Shown piece after piece: positions 48,798 through 60,613 of a DNA stretch of 64,000 nucleotides; the stretch's first letter is position 1, and each line of letters opens with the position of its first letter. Position numbers and translations under genes: made by a program. The notes below the pieces were generated by a model that was not told the DNA's origin, ran no database searches, and saw only the letters and a program-made list of their open reading frames with translations. The stretch comes from Felis catus (lineage: Eukaryota): assembly GCF_018350175.1 (NCBI RefSeq), contig NC_058368.1:111974001-112038000 (forward strand), written 5' to 3'.

Positions 48798-49494
48798 TGT
48801 AGTGGTTCCCTAGGGCTGCTGCAACAAATCGACACCAGTGAGGTGGCTTAAAACAACAGAAATTTTGGGGCACTTGTGTGGTTCAGTCACTTAAGTGCCC
48901 AACTTCAGCTCAGGTCATGATCTTGCAGTCTGTGAGTTTGAGCCCCTCATTGGGCTCTGTGCTGGCAGCTCAGAGCCTGGAGCCTGCTTCAGATTCTGTG
49001 TCTCCCTCTCTCTCTGCCCCTTCCCTGCTTGCTGTCTGTTTGTCTCTCCCAAAAATAAATAAACATTTAAAAAATTTTTGAGACAACATGAATTTATTCT
49101 CTCATAGCTCTAGAGGCTATAAGCTCCAGAATGCAAAGTGTGAGCAGGGCCACGCCCCTTCTGAAGGCTCTAGGGGAGACTTTGTCCTTGCCTCTTCCAG
49201 CTTATGGTGGCTCCTGATGTTCCTTGGCTTATGCTAGCATAACTCCAGTCTCTCCATTGTCTTCCCATAGCCTTATTCCCTGGGTCTGTGTTTCAAATCT
49301 GCCTCTCACTTCCATTAGAAAGACCCAAGTCATTGGATTTAAGGACCACCCTAAATCTGGAGTGATCTCAACCTAAAATCCTTAACTTCATTATAGCTGC
49401 AAAAACCCTATTTCTAAATAGGGTCGTATTCACAGATACTAGGGGTTAGGACTTGGACATATTTGGCGGGGGGCACACTGTTCAGCCCGCTGCA
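48798..49494 (-). mobile_element. MaLR solo LTR (MLT1B/C-like) with a CanSINE insertion
   Basis: GGCTGCTGCAACAAAT...GGTGGCTTAAAACAACAGAAATTT / ...CAGGGCCACGCCCCTTCTGAAGGCTCTAGGGGAG...CATTGGATTTAAGGACCACCC. Confidence 0.85.
48867..49080 (+). mobile_element. Feliform CanSINE
   Basis: CanSINE body; degenerate TSD ACAACA..AATTT. Confidence 0.95.
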
Positions 49495-49499
49495 ATCAC

Positions 49500-49980
49500 C
49501 GTTACATTTACCCATGTGCCCCTCTTGTATCCCTTTGCCCTGCCCTTGACCACCATCCTGAAGTTAGTATTTTCTTTTTCTTTGTAAAAAGGGTATTACA
49601 TAGCTTACAGTGCCTTTGTGCCCTGCTTTTTTCGTTCAATAGTATCTTTCTAAGACCCACTCATGTTGACATATGTAGTGGTAATGCATTCATGCTTAAT
49701 ACACTCTACTATGTGCTGGTACCATAGGATATTTATTCCTTTTCCTGAAAATGAATATTCACGTTGTTGTTGCCACTTTGGGGCAATTAAGCGATGTTTC
49801 TTTCGCCTCTCTGCTGGTGCTCACGTGCAAAAGTTTTCCCAGAATATATGACTAGGAGTGGAATCACTGGGCTCCAGGTGGGTAACGTTTTACAAAATGA
49901 AGTCAATTGTTTTCCAGAGTGAATGTACCAATTTGCATTCTCATGAGCCAAGTCCACCATGCTCTCCATTCTCAAAGTGA
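49500..49980 (-). mobile_element. Ancient L1 (L1ME-like) fragment
   Basis: Remnant translation ANWYIHSGKQL...VIPLLVIY; GTGGAATCACTGGG...TTTTCCAGAGTGAATGTACCAATTTGCATTCTCA. Confidence 0.65.
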
Positions 49981-50273
49981 TTTTTTTTTTTGGTCTAGGA
50001 AATGCAAAAACCTCAGAATTTATCTCCTCTGTATTGGTATTAGATGATAAGATCTCACCTCCCCCCCCCCCCCATGATTTTCCTCCACAAAGATGATTTC
50101 TGGTGGGTCTCTGCCCTCGGAGAGAAAGCGCCAGACCCTGCAGCCTCACCTGCTGCTGACTGCGTAGTCTGCCTGCTCTGCAAATCCACCTTAATGGGTC
50201 ATTAGAGGTGCCTGGAAACTGTAATTATGGTATAGCATTTCATGGGTTTGCAATTGCAGGCTGTGTTTTCTAG

Positions 50274-50389
50274 ACGCCCGAATCAAGCCTACTGTGGCAT
50301 GATGCCTCTCGGGAAGTTTGCATATTATATTCTGGATAATGGATAAAAAGAGATGCTCACCTTTAGCTCAAGGCACGACTTAGTCCAAG
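50274..50389 (+). other. Candidate internal non-coding exon (116 nt)
   Basis: Acceptor TGTGTTTTCTAG|A (alternative at 50259) and consensus donor AAG|GTGAGT; stops in all three frames. Confidence 0.35.
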
Positions 50390-50849
50390 GTGAGTGACGT
50401 AGGCATCCCCTGGTTGAAATAACATATATTAAAACTGGCAGAGTGGAAGGCATGCTGCTGACCCACGAGAGCTAGCGTATAGCAGTATATTCTGGGAATC
50501 TTTTTCTTCAGGGGAAGGCGGACAAAGCATCATTTGTCCCAGGTAGATCACACAGATTCCTCACTAGAGGTGACAGAATGTGAGTACAGCAAAGGGTCCT
50601 AATCGGTCCCCTGACTGGGGAGACTGAAGCCCAGGGAAGAGACATGACAACGTAGGCGTTGGGGCTAGCTGCATCCTTTCCTGGAAGCCTAGTTAATTGC
50701 CTAGGTTGCCTTCCCAGAAAGCAGAGCCCGATTCAAGCATTCTTGAACAAGTGGTTTATTGAATGAGTGTTCCCAGGGTGCACAGGGGTGAGGGAAGCAG
50801 GGCACGGCAGGGGAAGAAGTTAGGCCAAGGTGTGGATTCAGTTGCTGAT

Positions 50850-51450
50850 AGGAGTCAAAAATGGTACAACCACTTTGGAAGGCGGTTTGGCAATTTCTCA
50901 TAAAGTTAAACATGCCCTTCTTATATGGCTCAGCAACTCCACTCTTAGGTGTTTCCCCCAAGAGACGTGAAAATATATGTCGCCTTAAAGACTTGTGCAT
51001 GAAACGTGTATAGCGACCATTTTTCTTATAGGCCAAACCCAGAAACAACCCAAATGCCCATCAACAGGTGAAACACACATGCGTGGGATTATCACTCAGC
51101 AAATAGAATAGTTTGTATCACCGATACACATAACAACATGACTAAATCTCAAAGACATAAAACAGTTCATATTATATGATTCCTTCCATTTATGTGGAAA
51201 CTAATGGCAAAACTCACCTAAAGTGTCAGAAAGTGAATCAGTGGTTGTCTGGGGTCAGGGAAGGAAGACAATTGAATGGAAGGGGACAAAAGGGAATTTT
51301 GTGAGGCGATAGACATGTTCTGTATTTTGATAGAGATGGTGGTTAAACCAGTGTATTCTTTTGTCAATACTCAACCTGTACACGTTTACAAGTTGTATGT
51401 ATGTGCACCTTGCATTGCCTATATATTATACCTCATAAAGTTGTTTTGAT
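50850..51450 (+). mobile_element. Old L1 3' end (L1MB/L1ME-like)
   Basis: AAATGGTACAACCACTTTGGAAGGCGGTTTGGCAATTTCT...CAACTCCACTCTTAGG...CAACCCAAATGCCCATCAACAGG. Confidence 0.8.
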
Positions 51451-51504
51451 GAGAAGGGAAATGTGGTTATTTTGGGGTGATGGAAGTAAAGATATTTTTC
51501 ATTT

Positions 51505-51720
51505 TATTCTTTTTTTAATGTTTATTTATTTTTGAGAGAGATAGAGACAGAAGAAGAAGCAGGGGAGGGGCAGAGAGGGAGGGAGACACAGAATCCCAAG
51601 CAGGCTCCAGGTTCCGAGCTGTCAGCACAGAGCCTGACACGGGGCCCGAACTCACGGATTGTGAGATCATGACCTGAGCTGAAGTCAGACGCTTAACTGA
51701 CTGAGCCACCCAGGCACCCC
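51505..51720 (-). mobile_element. Feliform CanSINE
   Basis: CanSINE body; ATTTTATTCTT on both flanks. Confidence 0.95.
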
Positions 51721-51842
51721 TAAAGTTTTATTTTATTCTTAATTTTTCTCTGTGCTTCTAAATTTTCTACAGTAATGATCTCATCACTTTCCTTTCGACT
51801 TTCCACATACACTGTCACTGTGAAAACATTCTCTCCATCTTT

Positions 51843-52025
51843 AAAAAAAATTTTTTTAATGTTTATTTTTGAGAGAGACAGAGTGCGAGAAGGGGAGGGA
51901 TGGAGAAAGAGGGAGACAGAGAATCTAAAGCAGGCTCTAGGCTCTGAGCTGTCAGCACAGAGCCCGATGCGGGGCTTGAACTCATGAGCCAAAGTTGGGG
52001 ACTTAACTGAGCTCCCAGGCACCCC
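51843..52025 (-). mobile_element. Feliform CanSINE with an internal deletion
   Basis: Perfect 17-bp TSD ACATTCTCTCCATCTTT at 51826-51842 and 52026-52042. Confidence 0.96.
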
Positions 52026-53911
52026 ACATTCTCTCCATCTTTGAAGCTTCAGCTCAGATGCTCTCCCCTTTGCGAGCCTTACCCAGTGCCTCTGTCAGAG
52101 TTAATTGTCCCCTCTTCTCAATCCCCTCTGACCGTGTTGGGACCACTGCCAATCCATTTGCATTCTGTCCTGGGCTACTGTTCCTGCCTCTGTACTCTCT
52201 TCCATGCTCTGTGGTTGCCCAGTGGTGGGAGGGTTGTGTTAGCACAGAACCCTGTGCGTGGTGGGCAGCTGTACAAAGTTTGTCAAATTCAGCTGGGATT
52301 TGTGAGACTGGGGAGAAGTTTCTGGGGGAAGTTCAGAGCTGGCATCACCTCTATATGCTCTCACTGTAAGGGCGGGGGACTGAAGCAGAACCCAGAGCAG
52401 CTGAGAACTTCACTTCAAGTGGAACCAGTTGCTAGCTGCATAACCTCCTTTGACAAACCCCTTGAACTTCAGGATTCTTTCTGCAAAGAGGGGGCAAACC
52501 TCTCCCTGTTTGTTGTGAAGCCTAAGTGGCACAATGCTTGACACACGGTAAATGTCAGTTCATGCTGGCTGCTATTGCAATTATTGTCATTATAACAAAC
52601 AATAATAATATAAAGTAAGGGAAAGTACTAAGATATACACAGGTAAATGAAGCAAGGGTTTTCTTCCTGGTAAAAGACTTCTGCTTTGATTAGTGGTGTG
52701 TAACATCAATCTTTAAAAGCCAATCAAAAATTAATTTTCTTCCACATTAATGGTTTTTGAGAAAATCAAAACCATTTCCCACAGGAGCAGGCATCCCGAA
52801 AGGAGTTTGGATTTTGCTGGCTCTGCTCTTCATTCAGGTATCAGGTGGCAACCAAGGCCCAGCCTGGAGGAGGCCGGCTTTCTCCAGAGTGTTTGCTGGA
52901 GCCGGCCTGACACAGATCTGATAGAGGTTGTCAGATCTCCGAAGAACAATCGAATTTCTAAGCAGAGCCCCTTCTCGGAGCTGCGTGGTGCTGCGTTACA
53001 TTTGTGAATGCCAGCGCGCTGCTAAGCACGTCCTGGTGAATAGAAGTGTTTTGATGTTTTGTTTTTGGTCGGAGATTGAAGTCCAGTGTCTTGGGACCCA
53101 GTGACTTCAGCTGACCTTCCTGCTACATGGACAGGGCTAAATTTCAACCCCTGGAGGCTTCTGCACACAAAACCTCATGCCTTGCAAGGGCAGGTGCAAG
53201 GAAACCCAGCGGAAATCTGAAATCTTCGCTGCTTCAGAGACCCGAGCTCGCTTCTGTCAGAGGAATTAGGTTTCACAAGCCCTTTTTTATGTAGAAAGCA
53301 TATCATTAAGGGAATCTGGACAGGGCGACTTATTAAAACTGCTGCCTGTAGCTGAGGGAAAGCCGTAAATGCCTAAGGACATTTAAAAGCTAATGGTGTG
53401 CATTTTTATTACTATCAAATTTTGTATCTTTGCAAGTGAATCACTTGGCTACAGTAAGGGGCTTCTAGAAGTTATTTTAGGTCTTGACCACTCTGGAAAA
53501 CCTGTTTTCTTCAAAACTTGTATTCCAGTTTTGAAATCAGTTTTCATTTATAATTTTTAATTGACTAAGCAGGCTTATAAAATTTGTAAGTTTACTTTCT
53601 CACCAGTTTTGAGCTTCTGTTGATAGTTTTAACTCCTCCAGTCTCGATTTTCACACATAGCTAGTTTTTGCACCATTTAAATCAATGTGTATGTAAAGTT
53701 TATAATCTATTTCCCTTTACCATCTTATTTAAGCTTTATGTGCCTACATAGTGTTAACAGCCATTCTTAGCAGAGTATACTTTTTCCATGGCATGATTCT
53801 GCTCTGTTTCCTGGGTTGTTGCCCTGGGGTTGCGTACGTCGAAGTTTGTATGGTAGTTGCTGTTATCAATGGCTTATTTGCATCTTTGGCCATTGAGGGT
53901 TTCTTTAAAAA

Positions 53912-53932
53912 TTATCTTTAACAGTTACTATT

Positions 53933-53994
<62 letters not shown>

Positions 53995-54148
53995 GGCAGA
54001 GAGAGAGAGGGAGACAGAGAATCCGAAGCAGGCTCCAGGCTCTGAGCTGTCAGCACAGAGCCCAACGCAGGCCTCGATCTCACGAACCATGAGATCATGA
54101 CTTGAGCCGAAGTCAGATGCTTAACTGACTGAGCCACCTAGGTGCCCC
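53912..54148 (-). mobile_element. Feliform CanSINE with long (GA)n
   Basis: CanSINE body; (GA)n at ~53935-53991. Confidence 0.95.
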
Positions 54149-54538
54149 AAGTGTTTTCTTTTAAAAAATATTTCCTTTAACTATTTTAGAAAAGGTGGCT
54201 CTGCGAGGTGCTTTGATATTTGCAAGGGTCCCCAGTCTTCCATCCCCAACCCTTACCCTTCCTTGAAAAACTCCAGGCTGCTCACGCACCTGCAAGGTGT
54301 TCCTCAGCCCCTCCTCTGATGCCTGGCAGTGCCCCCAACATATTGGTGGTCTTGTATAGCCCAAAATCAGGGAGCAGACTATTTTTGTTCTTCAGGCAAT
54401 CTCCAAGAGACGGTTTCTGTATGAACCCAGGTTGACTGAGCTCAGCTGGGGTCACAGAAGCTGTATTCTTAAAAAAAAAAAAACAAAAAAAAAAAAACCC
54501 AAGGTATGTTTAATTTGTTAAATATCCATTTTCTGGAT

Positions 54539-54724
54539 GGGGTACCTGGTTGGCTCAGTCAGTCGAGCATCTGTCTTCAGCTCAAGTCATGAGTTTGTGA
54601 GTTTGAGCCCCGCATCAGGCTCACTACTGTCAGCATAGAGCCTACCTTGGATCTTCTGTCCCCCTGTCTCTCGGCCCCTCCCCCGCTCACATTTTCTCTC
54701 AAAAATAAATAAAACAATAAAAAA
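54539..54724 (+). mobile_element. CanSINE
   Basis: TSD ATCCATTTTCTGGA at 54524-54537 and 54725-54738. Confidence 0.95.
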
Positions 54725-55109
54725 ATCCATTTTCTGGAGATTTATGCTAGCTAAGTTATCCCCCCCCCCCCGCCCCCCAGCAAGCGGTCACCTTACAGAT
54801 GACAGAGTTGCTGAGGCAACTTCATGGTCCAGGACTGAGGACCTTCTTCAGCGTGGTGATCCTTGCCATTATGGCTGATGGGTTCAGACTGAACGCGCTT
54901 AGTTGTGCACACTGTCATTTTGACAGGAAACATCCTTGGAGCTTCATTAAGACCCACAGGACCTGGCTCCTGTCTCTTTTTATGTTGTAGCCTCCACCAC
55001 GCCCCCTTTGGGCAGAGCTCCATCCATACTGGTCCTGTCACTGTCCTTAGAGCACACGGATCTCACCCCCCCCCCCCCCCCCCGATCTGAGCAGGGCTGA
55101 TTCTGATCA

Positions 55110-55340
55110 CTCAGGTGTCAGCTGAGAGGCTCTCTTCCAAAAAACCTCTAGACCATCACTTCTAGAGTGGTTTCCATTCACTCGTTAGCACATTTTCCTC
55201 TTTAAGTCTTTGCAGAGCTTTTGATCACGATCTGGTGTTTTGTGCATTGACTGTGAAAGCAGGGATCTTGTCTGTCTCATATCCTAGAACAAAACCAGGC
55301 ACATAGTAGGCACAAAAAATAAATATTTGTTGAATAGCTG
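55110..55340 (+). mobile_element. L2 3' end
   Basis: GCAGGGATCTTGTCTGTCT...CCAGGCACATAGTAGGCAC...AATAAATATTTGTTGAAT. Confidence 0.75.
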
Positions 55341-55410
55341 AGTGTCTTCTCAAGGAGCACGTACAAAAAGTTTCTAGGGAGATACTGCGGCATTCAGAAA
55401 ATGTGAGCCA

Positions 55411-55600
55411 GGGGGCACCTGGATGGCTCAGTCATTTAAGCGTCCAACTCTTGATGTCCGCTGGGGTCATGACCTCTGGGTTCATGAGGTCGAGCCCCAT
55501 GTCAGGTTCTGTGCTGACAGTGCAGAGACTGCTTGGGATTCTCTTTGCCCCTCCATGCTCATGATTTCTCTCAAAATAAATTTAAAAAAAATTAAAAAGA
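55411..55600 (+). mobile_element. CanSINE
   Basis: GGGGGCACCTGGATGGCTCAG...A tail. Confidence 0.93.
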
Positions 55601-55852
55601 GAAAGAAAATTGGATTGAGGTACACAGTCGATTCTTAGTAAATACTAGTGTTGATGTGGCTATTTTGCAGATCAGTGGTCAGCCCAGGGAGAAGAGACCC
55701 ACATTCCTGGCTGTTTCCTTGCAGCATTATCTCTCTGGGAGTGGCAGCCTGTGGCTTCCAAGAAATGCTATTAGAATGTTTGTGACACAGTGGCCTGTAT
55801 ACAAGGAGCGTTCATTACATGCATTCATTCATTTGGCCAGCTCTTGCATTGT

Positions 55853-56290
55853 ACTGTCAAGAACTTTGAGTTTGATCATTTCCTACTTACAAGCTAACAA
55901 CTTAGCCTGCCTTAGTTTCGCATTAGTAGAAGATATGAGGCTCTCGGGTCAGAGGCAAAGGATTGTTTCTTACTCACAGCACTAGCAGTAATCAGAGTAT
56001 TACCATCTTTGTGATGGTTTCCCAAGCCCCGATTTCCAAAGGGTGACACGAAGAGGGCCGGCTGACATCCACACACACAGTGAGTTACAGGAGAGGAAAC
56101 CTGAGCTTCGGGAACCTGATTCTCTTATACTGGATAGTTCCCTTTGCCCACAGGGAGACACTAACTCTGTCTTCCAAGGATGTTTGATATACAAATATCT
56201 TTGAAAAGGTAATCTGAAGTGAAGAGTAGCCAGTGCCTCGACTCACAAGATGTATAGAGATGCTTGAGACTCATGGAGCATTGTCTCACA
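55853..56290 (-). mobile_element. ERVL-type solo LTR (LTR47-like; subfamily uncertain)
   Basis: Minus strand begins TGTGAGACAATGCTCCATGAGTCTC...GAGGCACTGG...TTTTCAAAGATATTTGTATA...CCTTGGAAGACAGAG, resembling a recalled eutherian ERVL LTR. Confidence 0.6.
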
Positions 56291-56429
56291 ATAAGTATGG
56301 TAGGCCCTCAGATTTATTGAGCAAAGGCATGAGTGAATAGCGAGTGTTGCACACAGCACTACACAGTCAAGTAAGACATGGTTTCTGTTATTAGTGGCTT
56401 GTGTCTTCGGAAATAAATGGTAAGGCAGT

Positions 56430-56639
56430 ATACTGGTGAAGCATTTGTGCTCTGGGCTCAGATGCCTGGATTTAAATCCTGCACCCATCGCTCATTAGTC
56501 TTGCAGCCCTGCTATCTGATTCCTCATCTCTAAAATGGAGGTAACAGAGCTATTGTGATTAGATAAAACCCCAGTGCAATCATAAAGCACTTGGCTTAGT
56601 GCCTAACCTGTGGTAAGTATCCAAGTAAGTGTTAGTTAC
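56430..56639 (+). mobile_element. MIR SINE
   Basis: GGCTCAGATGCCTGGATTTAAATCCTG...TTCCTCATCTCTAAAATGGAG. Confidence 0.8.
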
Positions 56640-56707
56640 TAGGTTGAACCATATGGAAGTGCCCTTTCCGTAGTTTAAATCTTGGCAATTTTATGTGGTT
56701 CCACCTA
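56640..56707. mobile_element. MADE2-like mariner MITE
   Basis: Inverted termini TAGGTTGAACCATATGGAAGTGCC ... GGCAATTTTATGTGGTTCCACCTA. Confidence 0.8.
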
Positions 56708-56829
56708 ATGATATCATCATTATTATTCATCTTTTGCTTGGTTCCAATTCCTGATGTATCAATGGCTGCGAAGCAGAGGTGTGCCCAGGGTCAGGTGAGG
56801 CAAGCCTGGAGACGCAGAAAAGTATCTGG

Positions 56830-57050
56830 GAAAAAGAATTGGGCCTAGAACCAGATGCGGCTCTGAGCCCCACCTTCTCCTCTCATTAACCCCGTGACCT
56901 TGGGTGAACCACTTAACCTCTGAGCCCCTTGTCTCATCTGTGCAATAGATACAATAATCCCTTCTACCTCACTGGACATCGTGAGGCTAATATCAGATGA
57001 TGGACGTGAAATTGCTTTGTAAACTGGAAGGCACTGTACTTATACTCAAT
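56830..57050 (+). mobile_element. MIR SINE
   Basis: GTGACCTTGGGTGAACCACTTAACCTCTGAGCCCC...CTCATCTGTGCAAT. Confidence 0.8.
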
Positions 57051-57329
57051 ATGAATAGTTCTTAAAGGCTGTGAGATTTGTGTCTGGCTTCAACCAGACC
57101 ATCACTAGGTATAATTTAATATCCCTCCTAAGTCCTCTAATCACAGTTTTACATTTGAAGTATAGAATCGGCCCCTAAACTCAAATTGCTGCATTAGAAT
57201 CAAGTTACACTAGTCAGGTTTGTATCTAAGGCCTATAGCCTTCAAGCACCATAGGGACCATCTGGTGACCAAAGAAAGAGATCATCTCATTACAAAGGAT
57301 AATTGGCTTGCAGCTAAATCAGTCGATAG

Positions 57330-57510
57330 CTAACATTTATCAAGTTCTTTTAATGAGCCAGGCACAGTTTTAGCTGTTTATGTGAATTACTTCTCACTGA
57401 AACCTTAAAACATTCTATGATAGAGATTGGTGATGTCCCTATTCCCCGTTTTACAGATGAGGAGACTGAGGTGAAAAGAGGTGAGCAATTAGGAATCGGC
57501 AGAACTGGAA
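57330..57510 (-). mobile_element. MIR SINE
   Basis: ATTCCCCGTTTTACAGATGAGGAGACTGAGG. Confidence 0.8.
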
Positions 57511-58224
57511 CGATGAGTTACATTGCTGGGGCACTTTCAAGAATAGTAAGAAGCACCCATTCCCAGTAAGTTGGTCCCATTAAGGGGAGGCTGGAGAGAC
57601 ATCTCTCCTGGGCAGCAACAGTCTTTCAGCTGCCACTGATATACTGCTCTACTGGAAGCCCTGCCTGTCCCACAACCTGTCTGGGCAAGCCAAGTCCTGC
57701 TGGGTGCTTGCAGGGTGTTAGAATGGTTCCACGTTCCATCTTTGCTGCCAGCCTGCCTGTGCCCTGCTAAAGAAGTGCTAAAGAGCTAAGAAGAGTTTAG
57801 CTCTTACCTCCTCACTTGTGTGGGGACTCTCTGTGGTGTGAAAACGAAGGCTCACCTGTTTGTTTTCCCATATATTTTGAGCCTGTGCTCTCTCCGGAAA
57901 GAGCTTGCTTCTAGCTCTTTGTGGGATGAAAGCATTATCTCAGAGTCAGCAGGTAGGATGCCCTTGCGGTGATCCCAGACAGTTAGGGTAGGCCTCGGTT
58001 TCTATAACAGAGATGCACAATGATATGGTGGCTTAAGGAACAAAATTTATTTCTCTTTCACCTAACACTCCAAGAGGAGCATTCTAGGTGGCCAGGTGGC
58101 TTTACTGCATGCAGTCATTCAGGGCTGCAGGGTCCTCCGATTTGCTCTACCATTCCTTAGGGCTCTATCATTCTCTTCTTTTCTTCTTTCTTTTCTTGTT
58201 TTTTGTCTTTCCTTTCCTTTCCAT

Positions 58225-58300
58225 CTTCCTTCCTTCCTTCCTTCCTTCCTTCCTTCCTTCCTTCCTTCCTTTCCTTCCTTCCTTTTCTCCTTCCTTCCTT
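58225..58300. repeat. (TTCC)n microsatellite within a pyrimidine tract
   Basis: Directly visible. Confidence 0.95.
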
Positions 58301-58664
58301 TTACTTTTTCTTAACATTTTCAATCCATTTCATACCAGCATTTTTGTAAAAAAAAAAAAAATCAAAAGGTGTTACTGGAACAATGTAGGGGGAAACCTCT
58401 CAAAGACATGCAAAGTACAAGCTCAAAGTATTTTATTATTATATATAACAGATTTATATTGGTATAAAATGAAATCTAAAATAATTACTAAATACACCTT
58501 TTTCCATTTCTGTCTGTATTTCATCAGGGACTAGTGCTGGAGAACCCTTCGAGTGGCATTGGTCTGGATATTGTTATCATCCTCAGGGCTGAAGCTGGGT
58601 TGCCTCATGTCCAGGTGACAGTCATGGGAAGGAACTCTACCTCACTCCATGATCATTTCTTTGT

Positions 58665-59480
58665 ATTTTTAAGTCAGTCTTATTGAGATATAATTTACAT
58701 AAAATAAAATTCACCCTTTGAAGATGTATGAGCATTGGCAAATTGTGTAACTATCATCACAATCATGATACAGAGTATTTCTATCACCCCAAAAAGATCT
58801 CTGTTGCTCCATTTCTTTCTTTCTTTTTTTTTTAATTTTTTAACGTTTATTTATTTTTGAGACAGAGCATGAACGGGGGAGGGTCAGAGAGAGAGGGAGA
58901 CACAGAATCTGAAACAGGCTTCAGGCTCTGAGCAGTCAGCACAGAGCCCGACGCAGGGCTCGAACCCATGGACAGTGAGATCGTGACCTGAGCTGAAGTC
59001 GGACGCCCAACCGACTGAGCCACCCAGGCGCCCTCTGTTGCTCCATTTCTAATCTTCTCCCCGACTTGCCCCTGGAGATCATTAATCAAATTTCTATTCC
59101 TATAGTTTTGCTTTTTCTGAATGCTGTGTAAATGGAATCATACAATATGTAGCCTTTAAGTCTGGCTTCCCCCCCCCCTCAACCTAGCTTTATGATTTTG
59201 AGACTCATTTATGTTCTCCTATAGGTCAATTAACTACTTTCAGTTGAATAAGCAACAGTTTCTTTATCCCTTTTCCTGTGGATGGCCACCTGGGCTCTTT
59301 TTAGTTTTTGGAGAGTATAAATAAAGTTAATATAAACATTTGCATAAAGGTCTTTGTATAAACATATGGTTTCATTTCTCTTAAGTCAATACCTATGAGT
59401 AGGATTGCTGAGTCCTATAGTAAACGTATGTTTAACTTTAGAAGGGACTGCCAAACTGTTCCAAAGTGGTTTTGCCTGCA
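58665..59480 (-). mobile_element. Old L1 3' end (L1MB-like) with a CanSINE insertion
   Basis: TTATTGAGATATAATTTACATAAAATAAAATTCACCC...AAATGGAATCATACAATATGTAGCCTTT...ACTGCCAAACTGTTCCAAAGTGG. Confidence 0.85.
58817..59033 (-). mobile_element. Young feliform CanSINE
   Basis: Perfect TSD TCTGTTGCTCCATTTCT at 58800-58816 and 59034-59050; many CpGs retained. Confidence 0.97.
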
Positions 59481-59790
59481 TTTAACTTTTAGATTTTATT
59501 AATATTTTAGCCAATATCTTCTTACCTATTTGTATGGCAGCCACTTCTCTCTCCTATGCTTTGCCCAAGGTGAAACGGTTCACATGCTCTGTCTCTCCTT
59601 GGAGGAGTACTCTCTTCCTGTAATTCACTTTATTTAAATGACTCGTGACCTTCCATCTTTGATTAGCTGACAAAAAAAATCATGATTTTGTAGGTTATAT
59701 GACTTTTTATTATTTTTTAGACTGGGAGTGATGTTCTTTGCAGCTTTCTATGTTTTATACAAGAGTGCAAATTTCCACCATCATCATAAA

Positions 59791-59993
59791 CTCTTTTTTA
59801 ATGATTTTTATTTATTTTTGAGAGGCAGAGACAGATCAGAGAGGGAGAGAGACACAGAATCCAAAGCAGGCTCCAGGCTCTGAGCTGTCCCCACAGAGCC
59901 CGATGCGGGGCTCGAACTCACAAACCGTGAGATCGTGACTTGAGCCGAAATCAGACGCTTCTTAACCGACTGAGCCACCCAGGTGCGTGCCCC
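59791..59993 (-). mobile_element. Feliform CanSINE
   Basis: Perfect 17-bp TSD TCCACCATCATCATAAA at 59774-59790 and 59994-60010. Confidence 0.96.
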
Positions 59994-60575
59994 TCCACCA
60001 TCATCATAAAAGTGTCATCCTAGAAGTGGCTTGCAACATTTCCACTCATGATCCAGTTCAAAGACCCGGTCATATGGGCGTGCTTAACTGCAAAGAATTC
60101 TGGGAAATGTAGGATAGTCATGGGCCCAGGAAGAAGAGGAGAATGGGCTTTGGTGAATAACCAGCAGTTTCTGTCACTAGTCTCCAAACAAGTGAAATCT
60201 AAAATAATTCTGGACTGTGCCAGGTGCACAGTATGTACCCAGGTCGTGTTGAGGGTGAGGTTAATCTGATAGATCCAACCGGAATATTTTCAAGGGATAA
60301 GTGCAATTCTTTGGGTAGAGCAAATATCAAATTTGAGGTGACAAAGTAGTAGTGTCTTTTCGTTTGTGACTCAATAACTTGAGACCACCTTGGCATATGC
60401 TGGGTGCACATTGTCCTTTCCTATCAAAACTGGAGAAAGGCATGCTGGTCAGTGGCATAGCGGGCTTCGCCTGAACCAGAGAATGACTTCAGCAGGCAAC
60501 CGGGACTGCTGCCAGAAAGGAAGGCAGGTCAGCCACGTGAAACCCTAACCTCCAGTTTTTGCATCCTGCCTCCAG

Positions 60576-60613
60576 GATGCCTGGCTCTCAGACACCAGCC
60601 CGGCGGGCAGCAG
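60576..60613 (+). other. Candidate 38-nt exon
   Basis: Branch-point-like CCCTAAC (60543-60549), pyrimidine tract, CCAG|G acceptor, CAG|GTAAGC donor; open in all frames, with an ATG at 60577. Confidence 0.4.

Larger units (their letters stand above)
57978..60180 (-). mobile_element. MaLR LTR (MLT1I/J-like) split into pieces by nested insertions
   Basis: Pieces at ~57978-58165, ~58570-58635 and ~60011-60180 (CTTAACTGCAAAGAATTCTGGGAAATGTAGG...GAAGAGGAGAATGGG...CAGTTTCTGTCAC). Confidence 0.6.
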
